From: Lama guanicoe
Lineage: Eukaryota
Assembly (NCBI GenBank): GCA_013239625.1
Contig: MU054323.1
Span: 496,001 to 560,000, forward strand
Length of the DNA stretch: 64,000 nt
Direction of reading: 5' to 3'
Shown here piece after piece: positions 47,981 to 60,349 of this stretch; position 1 is the first letter of the stretch, and each line of letters begins with the position of its first letter. The notes below the pieces were generated by a model. That model searched no databases, was not told the DNA's origin, and saw nothing but the letters and a program-made list of their open reading frames with translations. Position numbers and translations under genes: made by a program.

Positions 47981-50900
47981 TCATCCAATAATATTCTGAA
48001 TTAGTCGAGTCAGAGTCAGCTCTGTTGAGCAGTTGGTCTACATACGTGTAGAGGCCAAGAGGTCATACTTTCGGAAGTAGATTCCCAATCAGAGAGACCA
48101 AAAGTTAATCCTGGAAAATCACACCTAATCTCTTCTCCCGTCTCTGCCATGTCAGCACCTCCCCTGTGTAGACCCTGAGTTCTCAGAACTCAGTACATTT
48201 TCCTGTAAGGGTGTCCGTGGAGGAACATGGCTGGCCTCTAATGGGAGTCAGAAACTTCACCTGCTAGTGAATTACTCTGATAACATGGAGTGTGCAAAGT
48301 GGATGGGCAGCTGTGGCCTTGACCTTCAGATGCTGCGTGTAATCCCAAGCTGTGCTCCCACTGCTCTTCCAGTTTGCATGGCCGTCCACCTCGCCAAGCT
48401 CCAGGCTTTGGGAAGACGGAGCCACGGGGCTAGGGAATGACATCCCTGCGGTGCCTGAGTTTCGTAAAGGACGTTATGTGGCCTTCATGCTTTTTTGGAC
48501 TTGGCCACCTGGAGAGGAAATTGAGTGGGGAAAAGAATGAGGCTGTGGCAGGGGCTTTTTGAAAAGAGATACAACTGGAAACTCTTTGATATTTTATGTT
48601 TCCTACAACGGTCTCCCAACCATCCTATGAAGAGTTCTCACCTGATCCCAGGGTCTGGAAATTATATAATAATCTAATAACGTGTGCCACCTTAGAGGGA
48701 AATTTTTCCTCCTTTTGTAAACTTTGAAAAAAAAATCCATAATAGCTGTTGTACTTTCAATATGCACTAAATGAATAATAGTCTTCATGTTATTCTGATT
48801 TAATTTCACCATTTTCCAAAAAAGTGAAGAGAACTACCATAGAGAAACTCACAACAGCCTCTTTGAACCCAAGTTTCTTAAAACAGAAAAGATGCCTTGT
48901 TTTTTGTGTTTTTTCTCTTAAAAAATAAATCACTATGGTGCTTTTAACAGAGATTCAGAGAATAAAGGCAGCTCTTTTGATGGATAAAAGTATGAATTTT
49001 GAATGTCTGCTCAACCCCAATGATTTTTTGGGAATGGGGTGTTAGATGAAGAGTCACTGTGTAATTCCAGACTTAGTTACCAGGACTGGGGAGGAACCAC
49101 ATAAGCTTCTCCTCAAGGCATGAAGACCTCGGTCCTGTGGGCAAAGGAACATGCAGAGCCTAAGCTGGGGGGAGCTGGTGGAACTGGAGGTCTAGGTAGC
49201 AGTGATCTGAAGCCTCTTTAACTCTCCGTGTCACCCTGTTCCCATCCATCAAGAGACCTGGGGGAACCAGGACAGCAGATTTATCATCAACCAGTGTGGG
49301 GGCCCCTTGATATGTTGATATATCCCAGTATTCAGACTGGGACATCCTGGTTGGACAGGAGCCTCGGCCTCCCCTGCCCCTGGGCACTCCCACTGACCAG
49401 CCCCCACTTGGTGGGTGGGGCTACAGGTGACATTCAGTGTGATGGAACCAGCATTCATCATCATGGGCTATCAGTTCTTAGAAGCAGTTTATAGATCCTC
49501 CCACCACCTTTATTTTTTTTTAAACAATTGTAACTTACTACGAGTCAAAGGGAAGAGATACGAAAAGAGTAAATAGAATAAAATGTGGAAACCCTACATC
49601 TCCACTTTCCTCCTGCACGGAGTTTTGCATGGAGTGGAGTTCTGAGGTCTTGGAGGACCTGGGGTGAGATGCAGACTCTCCCGTTTCCATCTGTGTGGAA
49701 GAGTCCCTGGCCCTCCTGACTGGAGATTTCATGGCCTTCGATCCAGTGGTGCAGAAATAGGCTCCCAGCAGCCTCCTCCAAGGTCATTTCTATTCCTCAG
49801 ATAACTAGGAATCTGATGAATGTGAGGTGATTCTGGTATTTTTAAAAGGCAGGTGAAATAAACATCCAGAGAACTCAATGAACTGAGAGCTGCTTTTCTC
49901 GCGACCAGCTGCACCGAACTCTGGACAGTAGCCTTGCTCTGGGAAGTGACAAATGGACCCTCATTTGAGTATTTCTATGTCTGTGACATCACGCATCTCA
50001 GTTTCTTCCCATCAGTTTCCACTCATTAGGGACGTGTACATTATCTGGTTTTCAAGCTGGCATTTGTGGAAAGGGACAGTGGTGTCAAGACTCTTGGAAA
50101 CTCATGGAAAAGCTGTTCAGAACCGAGGTAACGTTTTGTTGCAATGGAACCAAAGAAAGAAATCAAAGGGGGATGGGATCCCTGGGGGGCCTGGGATTGC
50201 CCTTGGCCCGGTCCCAGTCACAGAGACCATATTTTTGATATCCAAGCTGCCTCCACGAATAATTTCACTGGCTTTCCAGCTAGATTCTTCTAACTTCTTG
50301 ACAAGGAGCTCCCAACTCTGGAGCTGACTTTCTACCAGTATCTGGGCAACCCTGGCATGGCTGCCTCCGAAGTGAGTTCACGTGCCAAATATACGTTGGG
50401 TTGGAATCCTGCATATGGCGCGCAGAGCTTGCCCCCCGACAGAGCTTGTGCAGGCTGCACTGGGCCCTCCTGCCTGCTCCAGGCAGAGTTTGGTTTGGAG
50501 CAGAGCTGGTTTTCCTCCAAGATGTCTCAATCAGCAGACTCCACAACCTTTTTTTTTTTTTTTTTTAAAAAAAGGATCAGACATGTGAGTGATTCTTTCA
50601 TCCCTTCCAGGGAATTTGTGGGGAGCTGAACCAGGACGGCAGGATTTGGAACCTGGGAGGGGTTTCCATTGTCTGCAGTGGCCTATCACCAGTCAAATCC
50701 AGTGTGTAGGTTAATAAGGCTTAAACTTTAAAGGAAGGTTGAACATCTGATTGACAAGCCAGTGAATAAGAGTCCAGGGGGAAGTTCTGGGCTTGGAAAG
50801 TTACCCGTGCAGTTGAATTTCAAAGAGTGTAAGTTATCAGTTTCGCTGGAGCGGGCACCTGGGAGAGTGTAACTTGCATTGAAATAGCAAATTGTTCTGC

Positions 50901-51419
50901 TAGATCCCAGTTTCCTGTTGGTCTGAGGACTGGCAAATCAATTGCCTTGGTTAATTGCTATTTATTGTTCCTGGGTCAAAGAGTGGCCAGAACTCAAGTC
51001 GGAATCATCTACTGTGGCTGCTGAGCTCTGCTCTGAGGTATCCCAAATTGGTCTTTTGCTGGCGCCAAAATGCTGAATGAGTGTTTTGTCCTCTGGAGGA
51101 CAGGTAATGTATCAATGCCTTTTACTATGAGTACTGATAAAATCTAAAATAAGATTATTTGGGGCTTTTTTTCTTTTTTTGGCAAGGAGTTCAAAATAAT
51201 ACTTACCTTGCAGCTTGACCCACTGCAACCATTGGGGTTTGCTTCAAAAATGATCTGAAAGTAACCCAGGGATGGCCCAGCCAGGCATCCTGGGCTCATG
51301 TGCACAAAACCTGGATCTTGGCGTCTTGTGACAGCAAGTCCCCGAGGACGTTTGGACTCCTCCTGGAGACCCAGGAAAGAGTCTGTAGCAGCATCTGACA
51401 GGAATAGCTGACCTTTTTG

Positions 51420-51900
51420 TTTAAACAGGTTAAAAGTGTAAAAGATAAGTTTTTAAATCGGAAGAACTCATCTCACTCTCTAACACAATTGTTAAGAACA
51501 TTTTTCTGTGAAAGTGTCTATCTCTGTCCACATACATATACACCTTTTCAAAACTCTAACCATGGTAAAAGATACATTGAGTATCACGATTTTTCATTCT
51601 TAATATTATCCTAGAAATCATTTAAGAGTGTCATAATGACTATTTTTTATGACTGCACAGTGTTCAGATATATGGATGGCACCATCTTCCGATGGGGAGC
51701 ATTTAACACTTAGATACAATTTGAATGAAATTTTATCTTTAATATACAATTTCAGAAAAGAAAAAAAAATGACATAAAGGGCCTGATTACTTTTGTAACC
51801 TTTGCAACATGTTGTAATATAATTTTCTAAAATTTATAATGTCATCAGAATGAGTGTACACCTAACTTTGCCAGCATTGGGGATTCTCAATTTTTTGAAA
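51420..51900 (-). mobile_element. Old L1ME-type fragment
   Basis: ttttatgactgcacagtgttc...atggatggcacca...ctttgccagcattggg. Confidence 0.5.
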
Positions 51901-51904
51901 TTAT

Positions 51905-52075
51905 GCTGGAAATTTTCTAAGAGAGTAGAAGCAGGTGCTCTCACCACACGTATCAAATGGTTAACTAACTTGAATGTGGTGATCCCTTTACTATGTAATT
52001 ATTTCCTATATATATGTATAATTTTTATTGAAAGATAATGAAAAATTTTCAAAAGGAAAATAAATTTCAACTAAA
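51905..52075 (+). mobile_element. L1MA-type 3' end fragment with internal deletions
   Basis: gaaattttctaagagagtaga...gtgctctcaccacac...gttaactaacttgaatgtggtgatc...ataatttttatt. Confidence 0.65.
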
Positions 52076-52534
52076 AACACCTATTATCACTTATTTTAAA
52101 GATTTTAGCACACACAGAACGTGAGAAGTAAGTGCTTAACGGAAGTCACCAAACCCACCCATGAGCTAAAAACAGGCATTTGAAGAAACAGATGTTCAAG
52201 GATTAGAGAGTGAAGTCAGGGAGTTAATGAATTAAACAGGATGGAAATAGTTTCAGATTAAACCGAACCACCGCTGCTCCAGCTGACTTGGGCAGAGTAG
52301 ACGACTCCCCCCTTCAGAGAAACAACACAAATGTCTGGCTGGATGAGAAGGATTATCAGTCCAATGTACTGGAGGATAATACATCAGCCTGTCATTTACC
52401 TATTATCTTCAGGGAACCAGATATATCATATAAATGGATATGGAACACAGAGGTGGAAATGCCATCTTCGTTCTAACGTTTTTGATCGAAGTCATCCTAG
52501 CGATCAATAACACACGTCCTCTCCAAGCTCCGTC

Positions 52535-52730
52535 GCTTCTTAGCTCTGTTGCCTTGGGTGAGTTATTTAACCTCTCTCTGCCGTACTTCCATTCTCAGGA
52601 AAACAGGACTGAATCACCTCTACCTCCACTAGAGGTTCTGAATGTGAGATAAGTTAAGACGAGTAGAACAGAGCCTGGCGGTCAGCAGGCACTTAACGCA
52701 CGTTAGTTGTTACCACTGTCGTCATCATTA
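52535..52730 (+). mobile_element. MIR SINE
   Basis: tagctctgttgccttgggtgagttatttaacctctctctgcc...tagaacagagcctggc. Confidence 0.8.
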
Positions 52731-53579
52731 CACGCAAGGTATTGAACTGAATTTGTCCGTTGCTAAGTGATTTCACGTTGGAGGAAGGGGGAAACAAGGG
52801 TTTGTGGACTTTGCTGGGTCTTATTTTGTTCATCTGAACTATGAGGGTTTGGACCTAAGAAACTCAAAGGACCCTACCTGGACGTGCCACGTGTTGTGTC
52901 TGCCCAGCACTGGTCACAGCATCCATTATTTCACTGGGCTGCTGCGCCTTTGCATCTTGGTCAGGGCGGGGGTGGGGGAGGAGGCAGGGAATTTGAGGAG
53001 GGTGGTCCTGAGGTTTCTCCCACCTCTTGCTCTGGCAAGAAGTGACCCCAGAGTGTTGTCTTCCTTGCTGGTGTTTCTTCTACCTCCTTTCTCAGCGTTG
53101 GCTGCCTCTTCTTGGTGGTTATGTCACTCCCCCCCCCGCTGCCCACGCCAAGACTTCCTGCCTCCTTTTAAGTTGCCCTTTCTAAAAATATCATACAGCT
53201 TTTAACCTCTGGCCCACTCTAATTTATTAAAGACCTGGACATGATGGAGAAGTCACATATCAATCACATATAAGCTTATTAAATGACATGTATGTGTATA
53301 AACATATATTGAGTTAGTTGTATTTTTAGATTTATGAGATAGAAAGGGGGAGCTCTCTGGCTGAAGGGGGTCTTCAGCCCTGTAGACGGGTAAGGGATTA
53401 AAGATGGATGATCTGGCGAGAATCAAAAATGAAGTCTATGAAGGCTGGGCTAACCTAGAGGGCCATTCACAGCCTTATAGAGACACGGTGATGAGACCAG
53501 AGATCAGGAAGAGACTGTCAGGTTCTTAAATCTTTGTAACCTCTTTGTATTAGTTAGTTTTGCCAGTTAAGGCTTGTCC

Positions 53580-53730
53580 AGAGGACATTATTAACACTCC
53601 TGCCCACCCATGTTACATGCACGGAAACCAACTCTTAAAGCAATTGAGTTCCTTGTCCAATAATTGCTGGGCTGGAATGCAAACCCAGGTCTGACTGACA
53701 TCAAGCTAATAATGATCTTTCACTATACCA
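53580..53730 (-). mobile_element. MIR fragment
   Basis: gctgggctggaatgcaaacccaggtctgactgac. Confidence 0.55.
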
Positions 53731-54389
53731 GGCAACCTTTAATATTCCCCTAAGGACAAGGATTCCACACGTTTGTTCTGGAGATGGTGAGAAACATGGA
53801 GTTGGTGAGATGGCTTATTCTGTAGTCATTCTTGGGTATGCACGCCAAGGAATAGCGGGGGCGAGAGCAGAGATCGCTCTTAGTGAAAGAAAGAAAGAAA
53901 AAAAGCCTACTTCCTTAGGGAAGTTACAGTAGGGGGATAACCAGCAAGAATTTTCTGGGGTACCTGAACACATTCAAGCCCCTGGATTGCAAAGAGAATG
54001 CCGGCTGCTTATGGGATGTCAGGGGCTGGAGTCTCTTGACTACTGCCCATCAGGAACTGGTGGCTGTGCTTGACATGGGAGGTTGGCCAGGAACTTGGAT
54101 GCTTGATAAGCGATGCCAGTTGTCTATCCATAGCTTTGTTTCTAAAGGCAGAGAGCTCTACGTGCACAAGTAGAATAATAAGATCTTGACTGAGCTGGTT
54201 CCTGGTGGAAACCTTAACCTGGCAGGTAGTGCCAGGTGAGTCTGGAAGGTACATACTCCAAAACACCTGATGCCAAAGGAGCCAGTAAGGGCTCTTCTAG
54301 CCCAAAGGCTTCAGAGCTGAGTCCTTGCTTCTCTCTCTAGTTCATATTTTGCCCCACCCTATTCTTTCCCTCCCTCTATTCCCTTCTTT

Positions 54390-54920
54390 CCCCAAATATT
54401 TATTGAGCACCTTCTCTGCCCCAGACCCTGCATTTATGATATAAAACTGAATAACACAGAGTTCCCTGCCCTCAAAGTTCTTACACTGTCTTGGAAACAA
54501 TTCTCAAGTCTCTAGAGGTGCAAAAAACGAGGCATCATATCCTATGGGAGCACCAAGGAGAGGGTTCTAGTCTCCCCCAGGGGTGGTACCAAGCCAAGTT
54601 GTGTGGTATTAATTGGCTAGATTTAGCTAGAAGCAGATAGAAGGAGGAGGATGTCTAGACAGAAGGCAGAGCGTGGGCCAAGGCATCGAGGCAACAAAGC
54701 ATGAGACCTCCAGGAACTACAGAAATTCATTACGACCAGCCTGAGGGATTGGATGCCATATTGGTGGGAGAGGTTATGGGGAGGGCCAGACAATAGAAGG
54801 AACTGGATCCTATTCTATAGACGATGGGGAACCAAGTGCACAAAGGAGGGACAATGTCTGATTTGCTGAAAAGATCACCGGCACTGCTTGTTTGGCAGCT
54901 GGATTGGAGGGAGTGCAAGC
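54390..54920 (-). mobile_element. L2 3' fragment
   Basis: caaatatttattgagcaccttctctgccccagaccctg...ccctgccctcaaagttcttaca...tctgatttgctgaaaagatcac. Confidence 0.8.
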
Positions 54921-55494
54921 AGCCTGTAGAGTGGGAGTATTCCAGTGTGCCTCCTGGTTAGGGGTGTCCTTTAGAGCACACTGAGGCAACTTCTGGTGTG
55001 ATTGCAGAGCCCAGGTAGTGAAAACATGGCCTAAAGCATCAAAATCCTTTTGTGGGACTTGACTTGCAGGACCAAGAAATCCATTTGCAACGGCATAAAG
55101 GCATCCTGGCAAAACAGGTGACCACAGTGAATGTCACCCCAAGGTTTTCAGGACTGAGCTGCCGCAGAAGTTAAGTTCGATTTACAAAGAGCAATTTTTT
55201 AAATGCATGACCTCTCTAATGCCCTAACTGCTTCAGGATCTCCAGAGGCCTGCCAGAGAAAATCTAGCAGGTCAGAGGCCCAGAGACATCTGATTACACC
55301 ATGAAAGACAGGTATATGCAAAGCTTAGTTTTTCCCCAGGAATTCCACCTTTATAATTAGTATTTCTTTTGGCTAAAGCAATTACCCACTGAAGTGCTTC
55401 AGTGAGGTCTCAGGACATTGTCAGCTCCTGGGGTGCAGAGGTAGGTCCTTTACTTCCCTCTGCAAATCGTGGGCTCACTTGTCCTATGTTCAGA

Positions 55495-55925
55495 CTCTAT
55501 TTGCTACATGCTGGCTATGTGTCTAGGTGCTTTGCACACTGTCGTTTAATTCTTACTTGAAACCTCTCAAGATAGGTTTATCATCCTCATTTCCCGTTTG
55601 AGGAAACAGATCACCAAGGTTAAATCTCAAGTTCACAGAGACAGTGAATGGTGAAATCAGGACTTGAGCCCAGCGGGTGAGGCTACAGCCGGGGGCCTTC
55701 CTCACCACAGCCTGCTTACCTGGAGAGGCAGAAACACACTGGAGTTAAGAGTCTGGGGTGGGAGTCAGATGCTCCTGTACTGAATTCTCGCTTTGCCATG
55801 TATTAGGTATAGAATTTGCTCAGGGGATCACAGGTTGAAGATTAAATAAAATGAGATGATGTAGGTAAAGTACTTAGCACAGGACCTGGTTCAAAATAAC
55901 TGATTAATGCCTCCTACCATTATTA
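55495..55925. mobile_element. Head-to-head MIR pair (minus ~55495-55715, plus ~55735-55925)
   Basis: atcctcatttcccgtttgaggaaacaga...aggacttgagccc; gttaagagtctggggtgggagtcaga...gtaaagtacttagcacaggacctgg. Confidence 0.75.
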
Positions 55926-56029
55926 GTAAGAATTACTAACAGTTCTCTTTTCCAATGATGAAAATATTTCAGGTGCGTGTGCCAGGGTCTTTGGAGTCTT
56001 AGGGTCATTTCTTATGCAGATTTAGAGAA

Positions 56030-56740
56030 AGCACTTGTCAAATGCCAGACACTGTTCTAGTGGATTAATTCATTTACTCCTCAGCCAGGAACGATCCAAG
56101 TCAAGATTTCATCTCAGGCAGTTGACTCCGGAGCCAACACTTTACCCATCATGTTGCGCTGCCTGTCTTTGCTTTGTGCATTGGTGGGCAAGTTTGGGAC
56201 AAAAATAACCTTAGCGATGAGACATAGAACTTGGACAGAGAAAACTTGCGTCTCACTAATTTGAAGTTAGCTCAGAAAATGCTGGCCTTTTAAGGGATTG
56301 CTTTCCATGTAAGATTTCAAATGACCCACATTTGTTCTGAACAATTAACTTTGCAGAGCATGGGTAACAGATTATTTGTAGCAATATAAACAAAAGCAAG
56401 ATGTTAATTAAATAGCTACTTTTAAGAGCTATAGTCTTTTAATGGCTTAAAAAAACCCACTACCAGCTGCATTATTCTCTTACCACTAATTCAAAAATTT
56501 CTAAAGAGAAATATTGAAAGGGAATGATTGTCCTGAGTGTCGAGATGTATATAAACTCACCACTGAGCTAGCTCTTTAATATCCTTAAGCCGTATAAACT
56601 GCACTACAAACTCATGATTGTCATTACCATTCCCGTGGGTGAGGACAAGGAGGTTCAGAGATGTTCTGTAGCTTGCTCAAGTCCTCCAGACAGAAACAAA
56701 GAAGTGGGGACATAGAGCCAGACTTCCATGACTGGTAGTG
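56030..56740 (-). mobile_element. MIR fragments (~56030-56160, ~56590-56740)
   Basis: tgccagacactgttctagtggattaattcatttactcctca; ggtgaggacaaggaggttcagaga...cttgctcaag. Confidence 0.55.
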
Positions 56741-57323
56741 TTCTGTCTACTTTTCCACATTCGAATTTGAACAGACATAGGGATGCTGAGATTAAGACCA
56801 GTGAACGCTCATGGTCTGAATCCCAACTTTCCCCACCTTGATAATGACACTGAGCCCATGACCAGCCATAGGCAAAAGACACCAAAAATCTACCTAGAAG
56901 TGGACTAATTCTCAAATAATTGCAGTTTGGAGTTATTTGAGGTCACAACAGGCAGGATGATGGGCATTCAGGTAAGTAAGGGACAGGAATGTATCTGAGG
57001 ACAAGAGAGATTTACTATTCCAAACCATTAATAGGATCAGACACCAATAATTAGAGAGTTGGGATTTGAGCCTGGTTCTGAATTATTCATTGCCTTAAGC
57101 AGGAATCTTTTCTGTATTCTCTGCCAGGAGGGAGGCCAGTTCTTATGGTTGGACAGACTGGAGTGTATGAGCTTAAGTGAGGATGTAGCTGTACTTACTG
57201 AGCAGAGGATGAGAAGTTGTAGTGAAGGTTGATTCCAAGAGCAGGGCTGTGGGATGAGAGAGGTCAGGGTCATGGAATAAACCTCTATAACAGAGGCTTG
57301 TGGCATAGTTAAACTTCTCAAAC

Positions 57324-57562
57324 TGGGCTGAGCAATAGAACTTTCTGTGATAATGGAAATTTTCTGGGTCTGTGTTATCCAATACGGTAGCCACTACCTA
57401 CATGTGACTATGAAATACTTCATATGTGATTAGTGTGAATTAACCACATATTTGACTGAAACACTGAATGGAATTTTTAACTTTATCAATTTTAGTTATT
57501 TTAAATTTAAACTTATATTGTCATGTGTAGCTAGCCACTACCATATTGAATGCACATCTCTA
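57324..57562 (+). mobile_element. MER3-like hAT-Charlie MITE
   Basis: caatagaactttctgtgataatggaaat...tccaatacggtagccactacctacatgtgacta...ttttaaatttaaa...catgtgtagctagccactaccatattg. Confidence 0.85.
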
Positions 57563-59074
57563 TAAAGAAATTATGATGTTCTCCCGAGAAACTTAAATAT
57601 TATAAATCCCTGTGCTCAGAAGCCACTCAGAACAAGATGGCAGGAACATCTCCCACAGGTTAGTTAGCAAAGCACCGATTGGGTCAAGTGAGAATTTATT
57701 TTTTGATGGATGAGACAACGTAAGGAAATACATATTATAACAGTAGAAAAGATAGATTTTTATCCCAAATAAATTCTATAAAAACTATTTTATTCTAAAA
57801 CCCTGTTGGGTGATTCCATCTGCTGGGTGGGGGTTTTTGTTTTTGCTGTTTTTTTTTTTGGCGGGGAGGTGGAAGCTATTCCTAAGAAAGAGAAAGATAA
57901 ATTCACATTTACTCCATTTTGACAGGGGGTGGAATTCATCTCAAAAGAATACTTGAGCATTGTCACATTACATGAGAATAATTTCTTACATGGTTAACTT
58001 GGAATTCTCCAATTTCTCCAGTTCTGATCGTGAGCTCTAAAAGAAACAGGCAAATGCACACACCCAAATCCACCAAATACTGAACATAAATTCTGGCCAG
58101 TTCTCTGGTGCAGTTCAGTGTCAGCAACTCCATCTTGGAGGGGCCTGCCCCAACAGCACACATGTGGGAGTCAAGGTCATAGCCACTGTCTTGCAAAATG
58201 GTCTTCCTTGAGTACCGCAGTTGGCGATGACCCAGTGAAGGATGCCAGGGCATGGGGTGGGGGTTGGTTAGGGCTTCCCTAATCCTCCAGGGAGATGGGG
58301 TTAGGCTGGTTTCCTTCAACAGCAACCCAGAATTCCAAAGGCGGGAGACATGGCCGCTGCTCTATGGCTGATAAGCAGGGTTTTCATAATCTCACCTCTT
58401 CTGAAGTTTCCTCTGTCCTTGAGGCATTTTTGAGTCCTCCTTGGAAGACAAGTTTTTTCTGACCCTGTACATGGTGCAGCTCTTTCTTCTGAGCAGACAG
58501 AGTGACTTCATAGACCTATCACATCTTAATCTTTTTTTTTATGAATTTATATCCTGGGGTAACAGTGGAGAAGGCATGATTTTATGATTATTAATTATTA
58601 TTACATTATTACAGTTCTCCAGTCTGGCTCTTTGATGTTTACAAGTTCAGACACCATGTGATTTCCAAACTAGATTTCATAACCTTAAACTACCTTTCCA
58701 TTTGGCTCAGGTCCATCCTATTCTGTTTTAGATCTTGTGTATGTTTGGCTTAAATGATGAATTGGCCGTGTTGTTTATTTTGCCACATGGCTCAGAGGCA
58801 TCAGGAGAGACGGCATTTGGGATGCATCTGCACTGAAACATAGCTACAAAGCTTGGGTGTCAAAGCTTGTCAGCACCTGCCGGCTAGCTGCGCCCTGGGT
58901 TACCCATTGCATTCTGCCCCATCTATTGTACCACTAGCCTCATAACGGTGTGAGCTTCAGACCTACGGTCTAGATTGGCTGATCAAACTGGAAAGTCTCC
59001 ATTTTACAGGGATATTTGGTTTCGGTAGTCACAAATATTAGGTGTATATGTGTGTATGGAATAACTTGAACTAA

Positions 59075-59640
59075 GATGAAAAAACTATGCTGGGTACAGA
59101 TCATGAAGGCTCTTGAGGGCCTGGTACTTAAAATGTGGTCCCTAGAACAGCAACATCAACATTAGCTGGGAACGTGTTACAAATGCAAATTCCCAGGTAC
59201 CATCCTAGGCCTACTGTATCAGAAACTCTGAGCCTGGGCTCATCAAGGTGTGTTTTCAAAATTCCTCCAGGTGACTCAGATGCACAGTCAAGTTTGAGAA
59301 CCACTGGTGTGGGGAATGGGGAGCTATTGAAATGCTAGGCTGTGGAGAAACATAGTCATCCATGTATATGTTTTAGAAAAGGCTCTCTTGAAACAGGAGA
59401 GACATTGAAGCCAGTGGAGAATAGTAAACCACTTTATTGCCAAATTCTGAGCAAGGGCATGATGAGTGTCTGAGCCAGGATGTGGCAACAGGGCTAAAAC
59501 ACATTGGACTCATCTGAAAGATGTCAAGGAGGTAGAATTTACAGTGCTTGGTCACTGGTTAATTATTGAATGTGAAGGATGGCTCCCAGCTTCCGTCTTA
59601 GGTGGATGATGGCATGCAACAAGATAAAACACAAGGTAAG
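59075..59640 (-). mobile_element. L2 fragment interrupted by MER5A
   Basis: cagatcatgaaggctcttgaggg | aatggggagctattgaa...aggtagaatttacagtgcttggtcactggtt. Confidence 0.7.
59120..59307 (+). mobile_element. MER5A hAT-Charlie MITE
   Basis: aaatgtggtccctagaacagcaacatcaacattagctgggaac...aaatgcaaattccc...ctccaggtgactcagatgcacagtcaagtttgagaaccactg. Confidence 0.9.
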
Positions 59641-60349
59641 ATCCTTTTTCCTGGAACCCCAAAGAAACCAGAGGACAAAAATCCAACCTAGTTGTATTTG
59701 TATGGTTTTGGCCACTTGGCCAGAACTCCAGAGAAAGGATTCTGTTGAAAGGCAGACAATAAAGTATCAACCACATTGTCATGAACACAATGAGGCATAT
59801 TGAAACCACATGCTTCATGGATCTGAATGCATGTTATGATGGTTCTGTCATCACTTCTGTTGGGCACCTGTATTTTTAGCGGTGAATGAATTGGCTGTGA
59901 AGATTCAGGCTGAGACTGAACACAGACAGGAGTGTTCTGTTGGCACACCAGCTTCGGGTGCTGGTTTATGTAGAACATGTCACACTCGTTAGCCACGTTG
60001 CGTCAGCCCTTGGACATGGGCAACTTTGCTGTTACTAAGGATATGGTTTTGGCCACGGTCTGCATGAATGCAGGCACCAAGAAGCCATGTAAGAGTAGCT
60101 AATCTGTGTGGTCACAGACTTCAAATGGCCAGAGTTCAACCCAGTCATAGCGTTTTACTGTGGAAAGAGACCTCAACTGTAAGTAGTGAATCCACTTATT
60201 TCAGAGATGGAAAAGTTAAGATCTGAGGAGAGAAATGATTCGCCAAAGGCCAGGGATCCCATTCAGGGCAGAGGGGGGATACTTTCCTGCATTATCGCTT
60301 CCTGGCAATGCTTTACATCAGCTCGCATCCTACTCAATAATAGTGATAA

